A stretch of 64,000 nucleotides of DNA from NCBI GenBank assembly GCA_964016885.1, contig OZ024743.1, positions 230,826,001-230,890,000 on the forward strand. The letters run 5' to 3'. The translations under genes were made by a program, and so were the position numbers. Of this stretch, positions 25,801 through 39,892 are shown piece by piece; position 1 is the first letter of the stretch, and the number at the start of each line of letters is the position of its first letter. The notes beneath the pieces were generated by a model. It made no database searches and was not told where the DNA came from. It saw only the letters and a list, made by a program, of their open reading frames with translations. This DNA comes from Eledone cirrhosa. Taxonomy: Eukaryota.

Positions 25801-26267
25801 ATAACCGAAATCACTGAAAACATTACTCACCAATGCCAAATTACCTACCATAAACACACAATCAAGTGTCAAAAAATGTGGTCGCTCTAATTGTGGAACC
25901 TGCACTCACACCATTGAAGGCAACACGTATACATTTAAACCAGGACAAAATGTTACTGTAAAAAATCACTTCACTTGCTCATCAAAAAATCTACTTTATG
26001 CCATTAAATGTAAAGGATGCAATTAAGATTATATAGGACAAACTAAACTCACACTCAGAAACAGAATGACAGTTCATCGCCAACAATTACGAGATCCAAC
26101 CACGAGACATGTACCACTAAGGGTACATCTAGACATATGCGCAAGTAATAAGACACCCAAATTCCTTCCCATTTTAACTTTGCGCTAACAATACAACAGA
26201 ACAAATACGAATAAATAAGGAAAATATGTTTATTCAAAAATATAGACCAGCATTAAATATGGTTTAA
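22810..26267 (+). pseudogene. Disrupted PLE polyprotein: RT + C-terminal GIY-YIG endonuclease
   Basis: IINLS..L.KGLKFTPTP, ADKGSTVVIM, IYGLPKIHK, LRPIVAG, SFDVVNLYT, MGTKAAPTYANL, WKRYLDDC, LPFLD; EN KCGRSNCGTC..NLLYAIKCKGC..YIGQT..RMTVHRQQ; several stops and frameshifts. Confidence 0.9.
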
Positions 26268-26491
26268 TATACAATATGTCAACACCATAACATGCTAACC
26301 ATCCAAACAGACACATACACACACACATAACAGCTTCTACTGTAGAAAATAAAAACCCGAACTAAATAAACCTTAACATACGTTTGCACTGACAATACAA
26401 CAGAACAAATACGAATAAGTAAGGAAAATATATTCATTCAAAAATATTCCTACTAAAGGAATCATTTTTCTACACACACACACACACACAC

Positions 26492-26544
<53 letters not shown>

Positions 26545-27697
26545 TCTTCATCTTAACATGCTAACCATACTCCCACACACATAACACCCATACACACACA
26601 TAACAACCCGTACACCCACAACTCCCTCCCCCATTTCTACTAATAGAACCACTTTCCTACACACATATATACACACACACAAACTATATATTCTCTCCAT
26701 CTTAACATACTCGCACACACACATACCACCCATATACACACACACACAACTCCCTCCCCCATTTCTACTAATAGAATCATCTTCCAATACACACATACAC
26801 ACACACACACATACACACGCACACACACACACGCACACACACAAGCACACAAATAAACATACATATATTTACTTCAATAGAAAATCTGAACTCTGACACC
26901 CCAGCGAACTAACCATATTCACTGTACCTGAACAATTCTCCCAATCCCATTTCTCTTGACCACTATCTTTCCCTTGTCATAACATTCTCTATAAAGGCTA
27001 CAGAATAGATTTCCAAATAAGGGCGCGTAAATGTAATGAAAACTTGTTCACGTGACAGCCAAATTTCATTTATAACCAATCACATCACGTTTATTAAAAA
27101 AAAGCCTTCGTGAGCCACCTTTTTTTTAAGTAAAGAAATTCAAACACACACACACACACACAACACACACACACACACACAAGCACACAAATAAAAATAC
27201 ATATCTTTACTTTCTTTATTCAATAGAAAATCTGAATTCTGACACCCCAGCGAACTAACCATATTCACTGAACTAGAACAATTCTCCCATCCCTTTCTCT
27301 TGACCATTATCTTTCACTTATGATACAATTGTCTAAAAAGGCTACAGAATGGATTTTCACATAAGGGCGCGAAAATTTAATGAAAACTTGTTCACGTGAC
27401 AGCCATAATTTCATTTATAACCAACCAAAAATAAAGCCTTCGTGAGCCCCTTTTTTCAAGTAAAAAGAAATTCAAACACTCATATATGAAAAAACAACCT
27501 ATGACAAATCCTCCCCCCCTCTTATTTGAAGAACTATTGTACGCGAACTGGCGCGAAATTTATTATAAATTTTGACAAACCAATCAAATTACTTCTCGAA
27601 AAACCTGGCATTTCGAGCCACTTTTTCCATATAAAACAAGTAACATTCAGAGACCAACCAGATGTGAGAAAAACCACAGACCCTCCATCTCAACTCA

Positions 27698-27735
27698 CCT
27701 TTTGAAAAGCAGAAGAACTGCGAAACCGGTAAAGG
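27698..27735 (+). ncRNA. Minimal type I hammerhead in pLTR, U3-A8 variant (5' pLTR copy 22635-22672)
   Basis: cctt-TTGAAAA-gcag aagaa ctgc-GAAA-ccg-GTA-aagg; stems I, II and III all pair perfectly. Confidence 0.8.
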
Positions 27736-28202
27736 AACCAAATAAATATATATATATTTTTTAAAAATAAGACTCCAGTTGCATTTTCGATTTCATCTCT
27801 TTTTCTTTATACTTTCCCTCGTGTAGGACACCTCGGTTATTTTTCATTTTGTAAAAAAAACCTCACTTTCTAATATATATATATATACATATATATACGT
27901 GTTTTGCAACGGGTCACTTTGTGGCTCAATGAAAAGTTAATAAATTAAATAATCAGAGCTATATATCATAAAACATGTCTATAGAATCACCAGATAAAAT
28001 ATATACCATTTCCTCTCCCAATTAGCATAATTAACCATATAAAAAATCGAATAGACCGAGCTATAAGAATAAGGCTTCTATGAAGAAATCTCCAACAAAT
28101 AACCAAAACCAGCCCTTCGCGCCGGCTGCGACATAATATTTATCGAATAATTCGACAGCGCAATCGCCCAGATATACAGTCACATATATATATATACATA
28201 TA

Positions 28203-28316
<114 letters not shown>

Positions 28317-28410
28317 GTAGGAGGTGAGTTTTATTGTAGTACAATAAAGCAATGCAGATATCGGATAAGAAGCACTCTACAGTTTGTAGGACTGGAGTAT
28401 GCATAATATA

Positions 28411-28730
28411 AGATCAAAAGATGGTTAAAGGAGTTCCATGTATTTTGTTATGCGCATTTCAAAAACAAACATCATCATGAAATAATATTTGTGTTTTCAT
28501 CAGATAAAACAGGAGAACATGATATGAAGGCTAAAAAACACTTGTGGATAGTGCAGTTTTAAATCTACATATGTAGATTTAAAACTGCACTATCCACAAG
28601 TGTTTTTTAGCCTTCATATCATGTTCTCCTGTTTTATCTGATGAAAACACAAATATTATTTCATGATGATGTTTGTTTTTGAAATGCGCATAATAAAATA
28701 CATGGAACTCCTTTAACCATCTTTTGATCA
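28411..28730. repeat. ~320 bp spacer-less palindrome centred at 28570/28571
   Basis: ...ttttaaatctacat|atgtagatttaaaa...; ~160 bp arms with about one mismatch. Confidence 0.92.
28632..28698 (+). ncRNA. Type I hammerhead ribozyme, canonical core (family H); mirror copy 28443-28509(-)
   Basis: ttttat-CTGATGA-aaaca...tgttttt-GAAA-tgcgc-ATA-ataaaa; palindromic stem III ATGCGCAT. Confidence 0.8.
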
Positions 28731-28733
28731 TAT

Positions 28734-28940
<207 letters not shown>

Positions 28941-29138
28941 TTGTATTTATGTGTGTGTGTATGTATATATACATATATATCATTCTTGATGATCCCATTC
29001 ATATGACATCATCCTGAATGATGATTTCATTGCGAATACGAATAAAACAGTCCTAATCCTGTTGACGTCATTTACCGGTATAATTAAGATGCCTATTTCC
29101 TAACAAAGTATTGAGTACATTTTCACCTCGAGAACCTA

Positions 29139-29182
<44 letters not shown>

Positions 29183-29264
29183 TCCCTCTCTTTCTCTCTC
29201 TCTCTCTCTCTCCCCCTCTCTATCTCTCTCTCTCTTTCTTTCTTTCTCTAGCTTTCTCTCTCTT

Positions 29265-29299
<35 letters not shown>

Positions 29300-29338
29300 A
29301 TATACAGACACACATACGCACACACACGCACACATACA

Positions 29339-29375
<37 letters not shown>

Positions 29376-29972
29376 ACACACACATGTATATATATATATA
29401 TATATCGAATACTCATATAACACATGGCTGTAAAGATGCGCGCACGTATGTATATATGGATGTATGAATGTATGTATGTATGTTTGACTGGATGTGTCTA
29501 CATATGTATGTAATTATACATGTATTCAAATATGTGAGATAGTATGTTCTTCTATATGTATATGTGGATGTATAAAGAGCCCTCTGCATATATATGAAAG
29601 TCCTAGCATTCTGACACGTAGTATGAGGTACATGAGTTGGCTGGAAGGCGACGAGAAATTTGTGATTGTTGTATGGGTGATAAAGGCTAATGAAGTGGTA
29701 GGTGGTGGTGACGTCACTGATGGAGATGATAGTGGCGGTGCTGAGAATGTTAGAGGCTGGATTTAACACCATAAAGATAGGGAAGAGAAAATCTTGAAAT
29801 AGAAACAATGTGTTTTCTGTAGTTTGTGAGATAATGGCAGAGATATATATATAAATATGGACACCGGTTTTTCTCCATAACAAATGTAGAAATATTGGCA
29901 ATCATACGCCCACACAGAACCGCGCGCACCCATCCACCCACACACATACACACACACACATGCACGCACACA

Positions 29973-30007
<35 letters not shown>

Positions 30008-30409
30008 GTTTATATATATATATAAGAAAAAACAGGGGTTGTGTAGTTGCTGGATAAGGTGTACTTATAAATAAAAACGGGAAAAAAATTTCCTTCATCA
30101 GTTGTCTGCTGGGGATCTTGGATATTTCTACGCATTAAATACAATATACCTAACCCCAGTGCATCAATAAAATAAAGGAAGTTATTGGGATAAAAAAAGG
30201 AGAGCGAAAAAAATATATAACAGAAGGGAAAAGGGAAGAAAAAGAAAAAAAAAACAGAGAAAAAACGGGAAACAAGAAACCAAATAGGGAAACCCGAAGA
30301 AGACGTGTGTGAGCAACTGGAAGAGAGAGAGAAAATTATATACACACACACACGCATATATATAGATAGATAGATAGATAGATAGAAAGATAGATAGATA
30401 GATAGATAT

Positions 30410-30440
<31 letters not shown>

Positions 30441-30459
30441 TGTATAGATATATGCACAA

Positions 30460-30541
<82 letters not shown>

Positions 30542-30782
30542 GTAGAACATGTGATTTAAAGTTTTGGACACTATTCCTTCATCATACGAAATAGAAAAAA
30601 TATCTAAAGTGAGAAGACGACGGAACGGAAAATTGAAAATAAAAAGAAACACTAATGTATTCAATAAGTCAGTGTAGGGAAAGAGTGGTCAGCGGGTATC
30701 TTCTCAGTTATTTAGATAGTTTTAGAAAGGAAAATATTAATTGTATATTGTAAGTGGTCATGCGTATATATATATATGGCAT

Positions 30783-31473
30783 GACTGTCCATAGATCCCA
30801 AATTAAAATACGGGAATACAGGAAAATACCACTGAGTGAACACATTGATACCTGTGCCGCCCAAAATCATCCCAACTTCAGAATCTTTCCCCTCTACAAA
30901 TTTAAAGATAATGCCACCCACACCCAGCGCATCAGCAAGGAATCATACTTCATTAACAAATACGGACCCCGTCTAAAAACTTCTCCCTAAGACGAACCCA
31001 CAACATACACACGTCAACATACATACCTACATCAGCACACATCTCTACCCACATATAAACACAATGACACACGTAAACACACATGCTCTATGTTGCAATA
31101 CAAAAAAATATATGTGCATATATATGTATGTATATATGTATATATATATATATATGTAGTGAATGTGTGTATGTGTGTATATATATATAGTGAATATCAT
31201 TTCACACCTTTTATTGTTAAGATGTTTGATGTTCTATTAAGAGAACTGATTTTACTGAAAAAATCGAATAATGTACACCATTTTACCAGGGGGAAAAAAT
31301 ACTGGTCCACCCACACACACACACACACACATATATACACAAACACATACACACGCGTACATCAACATTCAATGAGACTTTTACACACACAGACACACAC
31401 ACACGCACTTTTCTTTATAAGACAAAAGCTGAAAAATATCTTTTGACCTTCGAATGACTCTGCTATATATACA

Positions 31474-31508
<35 letters not shown>

Positions 31509-31598
31509 TTATCTTAATAGCCATTTGACACACATCGCTGCAGGCCATTGTCGCAGCATCGAACACCTTACTACTACTACTACACACACACACACACA

Positions 31599-31653
<55 letters not shown>

Positions 31654-32143
31654 ACACATACACACATATTTGTTGTGAAAGAGTCATTTCTCAATCTTGG
31701 CGCAAGACCAATTTTTTATCAAAATGACCTCTACCGACCAATCAAAATTGTTTTGACCAATAATTTTTGCTGGAGCCACTTTTTTAACATTTTAACATAA
31801 AAACAGTCTTGGCGCAAAATCAACTTTTTACATTCACATGACCTCTACCGACCAATCAAAATTGTTTTGACCACAAGCATTTTTGCAACACAAAAATAAC
31901 GCTGGAGCCACTTTTTTAACATAAAAACAGGTAGAATTCCCAAAACTAATCAGATCAGAGCAAACAGCACGGACACTCTATCTCAAAATTATTTTTGAAA
32001 AGCATTTAGAAATGCGCAACCGGTAAAAACTTAAAACCACAACTGAATACTAACCCATACAATCACTAATACTCTTTTATTCCTAATTAAACCATTTTTC
32101 AACTGTGAACAATTTGTCAGCATTTTCTATTCCGTTTACCAAT
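30783..32143 (+). mobile_element. 3' fragment of a second Neptune-like PLE family (EN C-terminus + 3' region)
   Basis: TVHRSQIKIREYRKIPLSEHIDTC..KESYFINKYGPRL; homologous to the reverse complement of 41390-42840. Confidence 0.85.
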
Positions 32144-33099
32144 ATATATATATATATATATATATAAATATACATTTCTATATATGTATATATATTAATA
32201 CATGTTTGTGTGTGTGTGCATGTATATGTGTGTGTGTGTATGAGTGTGTGTGTGTGTCTGTATGTGTGTGTATTGGATATGTGTTACTATTTTCTATCAC
32301 TAACAATTTACCGCCCAGCAAAATGCACCTCTACTGTTACTTATTACCACAAATCTACTACCAAAATATTTAAAACTGACATTCCACTACTTTGATTATA
32401 ATAGAATGTTTCATTTATGAAACTTGCCACACACTATCTCAATTAAACTTAATCGATTTTAATATGGTTTAAATTTAAATTTGAATCGCACTAATTTAAT
32501 TAGAAATGTGTTTATTTAATTTAAGTATGATATAATAATTTCAATTAATTAATCATAATTTGACATAATATAGCTTCGTTCATTAGTGGTGAGGTTAAGG
32601 GATATCAATTAGATTCATATACAAATAAATAAATGAAGAAACAAGATCTAGACTCCATTTCAATTACTATGTTCTTCTTTCAAAATAACCGAGTGGAAAA
32701 GAATGGTGAGGGTACATTTCATTTCTCCTTCGTTTCGCAACGGCATACGTTAGATTCGTTCCCACTGATCGATACCGTAGTCAATTGTCTTTCAGCCAGT
32801 TCGATTAACTACTTTTCAATTAATAGTCAGAAGTTATGTAGACGTCTAAGGAATTTAAAAAAAAATAATAGTTTGTTATGAAATCGATAGCCTTCTATGA
32901 GCTGTTACTGAGTTAGAGGCAACTGCACGAAACACTTTAATAATAATAATACACGAAGCAAAGTTCTTGTACAACAGTTAAACTATTATGAAATAAATAC
33001 TGCTGGACTATAAAATATCGAATGAAGAACAAAAGAAAGTTAATAGAAATAGCTACAAAACCTAAAAAAAAAAAACAAAGGAATTGTACTCAGTCTTCC

Positions 33100-33740
33100 A
33101 GGCGGCTAATAAGTTCAAAGCAGAAACCATATTAACAGCTGCGTGGAAAAGGAAAACAAAGAGACAACAGAAATTGTGAAAAGCTTAAAATTCAAACTGA
33201 AAACAAATCTACAAAATACCATGTTAAAATGATTGCTAGAAACTATCTTACACGGACAATACTGAAAACTCTTAATAGAGAGGAAGCAGACAATCAAAAT
33301 GCAAGCACTGGACTAAATGCTGTGTCAGAAAGCTTTCTAGATGAAGCACAAGACCAAATCCTCCCCGCCAGAATTCAACAGAAATATATTATGAAGCAGA
33401 ATATAGTACGTAATGTAGGAAGTTCTGAAGCAACTGTTAAAGGGTGCTTATAATTGGTTGGGCATATTAAAATGGTCAAAATAAATGTTGAAGAAAATGT
33501 AAGAAAAATTTAAGGTGGAATATTTACGATGAAAGAGATTTGTCCTCAAATCGAAACTGATGTGCAGCAGGGGTGATTATGCGAACAGTAGAAAAGCTAG
33601 ACAGTTTAGACCAAAAGACGAGAAAGCTATTGATTAGATACGATGTATTACATACACAGATTGACATAGACACATTGTATGTGTCAAGACAAAAGGGAGA
33701 AGATCGGCTGGAAATGCATATTTCCTTAGAGTGCGAATTT
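33100..33740 (+). mobile_element. Heavily decayed R4/Dong-like non-LTR fragments
   Basis: LHGQY..ESFLDEAQDQILPAR..KYI (C-terminal region) and LDSLDQKTRKLL..HTQIDIDTLYVSRQKGEDRL (post-RT motif). Confidence 0.55.
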
Positions 33741-33948
33741 GACATGCCATAATTAATTGACTGTAGCACTAAGAAAACGTTTAAACAAAATCGGCGACTA
33801 CATAAAAGCATGCAATAAATGTTTATATTCAATGAACATAGAGTAGCCTCGCTATAAAAGAAGAAAAAAACATTTTTTCGAAACGAATAAAATATTCCTC
33901 TGCGTCTATCTCTGTAAGCATATTAAAAAAAAAAATTATTTATATATA

Positions 33949-34070
<122 letters not shown>

Positions 34071-34088
34071 GATATATATTTATATATT

Positions 34089-34191
<103 letters not shown>

Positions 34192-34200
34192 TTATATATT

Positions 34201-34237
<37 letters not shown>

Positions 34238-34656
34238 ATATAATTGGTTTTCTCTGTTCAACGTGATTGCAAAAGAAAAAATTCATATTATTTTCCATGT
34301 GGTCTCTTTCCTTGTTGATTTGAAAGAATAAATGAACAACATATGAAGAATAGCAGCAAAACATTATACTACCATGGGAAATCATGTTTTTCTACAGTGT
34401 ACGAATCACTATATATATATTTCGATATACATATACATTGATTTTAACGCAAACTGACACAAATAAGTACACCCTTATGTGCTCCATACATATATATATA
34501 TTCACAAATGCGTGCACATACACTCACGAAAGCCGACAAAGCCACAAAAAAGCATATATTTACTTATGCAGACTAAAATTCTAACGTATATTTTGTTCTA
34601 CATCCCGGCAGAGATATTTGTATAGTCAGACTATTTTCAAGACCAATATGCCTGTT

Positions 34657-34773
<117 letters not shown>

Positions 34774-34887
34774 GATATATATGATATATATATATATAAA
34801 GAGAGAGAGGGGGGAGACAGAGAGATATGGATATATATATGAAGATAAAGAGAAAGAGAAACAGGTACACACACATAGGTATGTGTG

Positions 34888-34958
<71 letters not shown>

Positions 34959-35071
34959 ATATACATGCATATATATATATATATATATAAATATATATAT
35001 ACACGCATACACACACCTATACAGCTTCTGTTGACGTTTCAATTTCGAATTGTTATTATTATATATACATT

Positions 35072-35262
35072 AGGTCGGTGGATTGGCAGTATCGGTAGAG
35101 GGTCGAACACCATGCTTTCCAGTATAGTTACGTCCCTTTGCGGTCTGAGTTCAAATCCCGCCGAGGTTAACTTTGCCTTTCACCCTTACGGGGTCGATAA
35201 AATAAAGTACCAGTAAGTTACTGGATAATTGATGGCTGTGTTCCAAAAGTAGAAACAATTAT
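35072..35262 (+). mobile_element. tRNA-derived SINE; related copies ~52140-52300 and 22185-22243
   Basis: A-box-like tggcagtatcggtag, B-box gagttcaaatcc, body ctttgcctttcaccct..ggggtcgataaaataaagtaccag, tail agtagaaacaattatt. Confidence 0.75.
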
Positions 35263-35524
35263 TATATATACGTTATTATTTAAACTATCACAAAATAAGA
35301 CCAGCGTGGTTTTTTGATTTTTATTATTGTAGGAGAGAAAAAGAAAAACTTGGAATGAACAATGCAGACAGTTCCATAGCTGACGGAATCAAGTCTAGAG
35401 ACTGCTTGCAAAATAAACAAAATATTTAGCATGACAACAATGATAAACTGATGGATCAACAAAAGATACATTCACATAGAATTGCTTATATCTCGGTGAA
35501 TATATATATATATATATTAGTATA

Positions 35525-35629
<105 letters not shown>

Positions 35630-35630
35630 A

Positions 35631-35668
<38 letters not shown>

Positions 35669-35673
<5 letters not shown>

Positions 35674-36020
35674 ATACTTTGGGAGGGTCATGTTGCCAAT
35701 AAGAAAATGGCGTAGGATAGAAGAAAGGAAAGGCACAGAAACGAAGAAAGAAATCCCCAGTCACTGAAGAGGTCACAGAGTGTGTGACGAAAGAACTATG
35801 ACTATATATATATAAACAACTATCTGGTTGTGGAACCAACCAACCAACCAGAAATTTATAAATTTGTAAATTTATAAATATTTAATAAATTAAATTGAAG
35901 TGAAAGCAACTGGTGCGTGTGTTTCTTATTGGCAACATGACCCTCCCAAAGTATAACAATATCGGTTTCAACACACGATTTCAGATAAAGAATCTTGCTA
36001 AACAAATTCAGAAACGAAAT
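35669..36020 (+). mobile_element. Solo pLTR fragment of the 54.5-58.3 kb PLE family with a short inverted 5' piece
   Basis: Matches 58030-58342; begins with inverted ttgttatactttgggagggtcatgttgccaataagaaa. Confidence 0.85.
35759..35803 (+). ncRNA. Minimal type I hammerhead in pLTR; mutated copies at 54697-54741(-), 58085-58128(+), 61681-61725(-)
   Basis: agtca-CTGAAGA-ggtcac agagtgt gtgac-GAAA-gaa-CTA-tgact. Confidence 0.8.
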
Positions 36021-36035
36021 ATATATATATAATTG

Positions 36036-36100
<65 letters not shown>

Positions 36101-36134
36101 GTATATAAATATATATATGTATATATATACATAT

Positions 36135-38625
36135 TCCTTAGTTAAGAAAAGACCACACATTTCACAAGGAAGACGTTATTTAAAGAAAGTTAACATAGTT
36201 TCAGTATATGTGAGGAATAAGGAGTGTAATTACAATTTAATGTAAGGAATAATAATAATAATAATAAGGTGTGATTATAATAATAAGGAGTGTAATAATA
36301 GTTTAATGTAAGGAATGCTAATAATGATAATAATAATAATGTCCCTTTACAATTGTTTCGCTACTCCATATAATATTTCTGGATCATTATTGATCTGATT
36401 CAGATGAAGATATGTAACTTAGGTAAAAAATGGAGCAGCTCTTCAGAACGTCAAAGTATAATGAAAATATTTATAAATATACTATGGAATAAGAAATATA
36501 AAGTAAGTAAAGAAAGAAGGTTACGTGAATGTAATATTGCATATATTGGTATTTCACGACGGTGTTCTGGATCTATTTAATTTCTGTTATAGGCAAGCAT
36601 TATTCATCTGTCGAAACTGTATTAAGCGTTGTCTGCCTATGCATAACAAGATGGCCGCCTGAGTATATTTACCTTACTAATTAGAGCTAGGTCTCAAGGA
36701 AATTAACTCCTTGAGTATTTTGAAATTTAGAATAGCTAAGAAATGCTAATGAGCTTAAGTGAGAGATAGTGTAGGGGAGGTAACTGATAATAATCCAAGT
36801 CATTGTTAAATATTTAACATGTTAGCTATATGTAAAGTTGAGATTATGATTATGTTGGGTGAAATATTCTATTGGCAAAGGAATTCGCCCTTCGATGTTG
36901 ACAGCTAATAGTTAACTCGTTTCTATCGTTTATAGGTAGTGGTCGTGATAGAGTTATGTAATAGGCCTCGGTAACACAGAGATCACAACAGTTTATTCGT
37001 CCATTGAACGCTTGGGCTCTAGTTAAGATATCCCATGTTAGTGAGTGTTCAGTGTTGGTTAATTTAAGGTTTTTAATGAGCCTAGCTAGAGATGTTGAAC
37101 ATCTATTGCTAGGGTCACGGAAGGGAAAAGAGTGCGCATTATAGCGTACCTTAAAAGGGTTAGAGGTAGAGTCAATATAGGAGCTAGTATGTGATGCTGT
37201 TTTAACAGTGCACCTATATACTATATTGGGTGTAAGGCATTGTCCGTTTAGTGGGCATGCGTTAGAGTAGCGGCAATTGTAATTACTGCTGCGGTTAGTA
37301 AGAGTAGAGTTGTTTAAACTATGCGGCTGGTGTGTGCTAGAAGGATTAGATGGGGGAGGTATGCTACTAGAGTAAGTATTTGTGTAGAGGCGTGGTTTAT
37401 TTGAGGGGGGTAGTGGTACCGTGGTGTGGGAGTTATACTGTCTTAGTTTATGATGGTTACTGAATGCGGTGTGGCTAGCTAGGTTAGGTGTTGTGGAGAA
37501 TGAGATTTTAATGTTGTTTTTATTAAATAGTTTGTAGTATCTATGGTTAACGGGGAAATGTTTAGATAGGATAGAGAAGAAGCGTTTAGGGATATTAGTG
37601 GCTACATTAGATGAGATAGGAGGAGGGGGGTGGGTTTAATCCAGGTGATATTTCTAGACCTATTTCTTCTAGGGGCACTAGTAGAGTTGGCAAGAGCTTT
37701 CATAGGGTTATTATTACCTGGGCGATTATTATTTGTCATCCATTGCTCGTTCCTATTCTAGGGTTGATTCTGAATCTGCTACTAGGAGTGGGAAGTAAGC
37801 CTCTACCACCATTACGGTTCCCTGTATAGGTGCTGTTACTTCTAAAATACCGGCGTATCTGGCTACATGCTATTGTATTTCTAGTGCTAACGTTAAACTT
37901 ATTATGGTTGTGGTGAAGTTCTGTGTTATGGCATTTAGGTATGTAATAAATGGACTGTTCATAACCAGATTCAGAAAGGGCCTTATTATAATATGGCGCA
38001 TGGTTCATAAACATGTCATCATTAGCGGATAGCATGGAGATCCTATAAGAGATATATTTAATGACTGCTCTAATTACTACCGGTGGATGGTTAGAGTGCG
38101 GGCTAATATATGTAAGTATTTCACCTGGTTTATGATAAGGGTAATATAAGTTATTGTTAAGAACTAGGGTAACGTCCAGGAAGCTTACTACCTTATGGTT
38201 CGGTTCGATGGTGATAGAGAGACCATTATTTTAAAAAGAATTATGTAATTGTTTTTTGAGCAAGTCGATGCCTCGATTAGTGCAATTGTGGATTGCAAAT
38301 AGGGCATCGTCCCTATATATTCCACCTTGCAGGGGTTGAATTTCAGCTTTGATGTTATGTAATAGGTAGATTCCAACTAAATCGGTGATTTGCGCAGAGT
38401 CGCTTGAGCCCATAGTGATGTCGAACCTGTCTATCCTGTCCTTTCTGGTCCAGCTTGAGCCATATAATTCAATGATGGTCTGCCTAGCCATAAGTATGAT
38501 GTCAATCTCGTTATTAGTTATGTCAGAGTTGGTGCTGGCTAGGGTTAATGCTTTGTTAAGCAGTGCCGAGGTCATTGAAGCGTTGAAGCTGTCAATGTCG
38601 AATTGGAGGAACCTCATCGATTCCT
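36135..38625 (-). mobile_element. 5'-truncated Penelope-like element (RT + GIY-YIG; possibly Hydra clade, tentative)
   Basis: RT: FLQFDIDSF, FDITMGSSDSAQITDLVGIYLL, GIYRDDA, FLDV, HSNHPP; EN: NCRYSNACPLNGQCLTPNIVYRC..YIDST..FKVRYNAH..WDIL..CDLC. Confidence 0.88.
36344..36450 (-). ncRNA. Type I hammerhead with long stem II in the PLE 3' region
   Basis: Minus: cgtt-CTGAAGA-gctgctcca...tggagtagc-GAAA-caatt-GTA-aagg. Confidence 0.75.
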
Positions 38626-38904
38626 GAAACTATGTTGACTTTCCTTAAATAACGTCTTCCTTGTAAATTTGTGGTCTTGTCTTTGCTTAACTAATAAATA
38701 TGTCCAGCTCTGTGCACCTAATCTCTGCATGAGCCCAACCATGAAGCTGCCTTCCACTGCTTATTGCACATTGAGCACATGCCTTTACGCTTTTGGCTTC
38801 TAACAAATTCACCAATCTCTCTTCTCCTCGCCTATATCCATCTCTCCCTTTAAGATTGGTTTACTCGTGAACTGTATATATATACACACACACACACTCA
38901 CACA

Positions 38905-39062
<158 letters not shown>

Positions 39063-39640
39063 GTTCACGAGTAAACCAATGTTATATACATATATACACA
39101 AATATATGTATATAGATTTTGTACATATATAAACGGCATTAATATCTTCTTATGACCTTTTGTAAATAGAAAAAGTCGCTGTTGAAATATTTAAAGATTC
39201 TGATATCTCTTCTTTCTATTGGTTTTCTCTTGAATCTCAAAATTGTACCAGTGTGTGATAACATTTCTCTCAGTTATCCCTATCTGTAAGTCACTATCGA
39301 AACATCCCTATTTATATACATACAAATATATAGAGAGTATAAATTCATTCTTAATAAAAAAAAGAAACAACTTGTTTTTAATAAATGGTTATGAAATATG
39401 TAATTAATAAACGGTAACGTCATAAATTGTGTGTTATCGTATAAGACGTTTAGTAACTGACACAGAATGGCTCGGCGTTGCTCGGGATTTGCTCTAGGGT
39501 TCTTATATACTTATATATTTGATATGTATTCATCCTTATCGAGCCTCGAGGAATAAATAAGTTTGTTTATATTTTGTTATTGTGTATGCAAAAATATCTG
39601 CACACGAATATATAATTATATGGATTTTAGTCTTCACATT

Positions 39641-39753
<113 letters not shown>

Positions 39754-39892
39754 TAACAGAATAAAGTTTAAGCCAAAATCGTTGCTTTCACCCTTAACGG
39801 GATCATCTGAAACTAAAAAAAATCAATCTGCGAACGCAGAAGTAAATATTTTGAAAAACGTTACACACTATATATATATATATATATATATG

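Larger units (their letters stand above)
22242..27873 (+). mobile_element. Near full-length Penelope-like element (Neptune-like, tentative) with direct pLTRs 22242-22810 and 27306-27873
   Basis: ~565 bp direct repeats; extra partial pLTR duplication 26870-27150; interrupted RT + GIY-YIG ORF between them. Confidence 0.93.

Noticed and set aside
30060-30600. Partial CTGATGAAGG motifs at ~30090(-) and ~30575(-), also ~51740(-)
   Set aside because: The GAAA/stem III/stem I parts are missing or unpaired; cannot be supported as ribozymes.
35072-35165. tRNA gene
   Set aside because: A/B boxes are present but there is no cloverleaf, and it continues into a repeated SINE body.
38640-38860. Short minus-strand open stretch with CAQC motif
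   Set aside because: No recognisable domain or splice context; too short to call.
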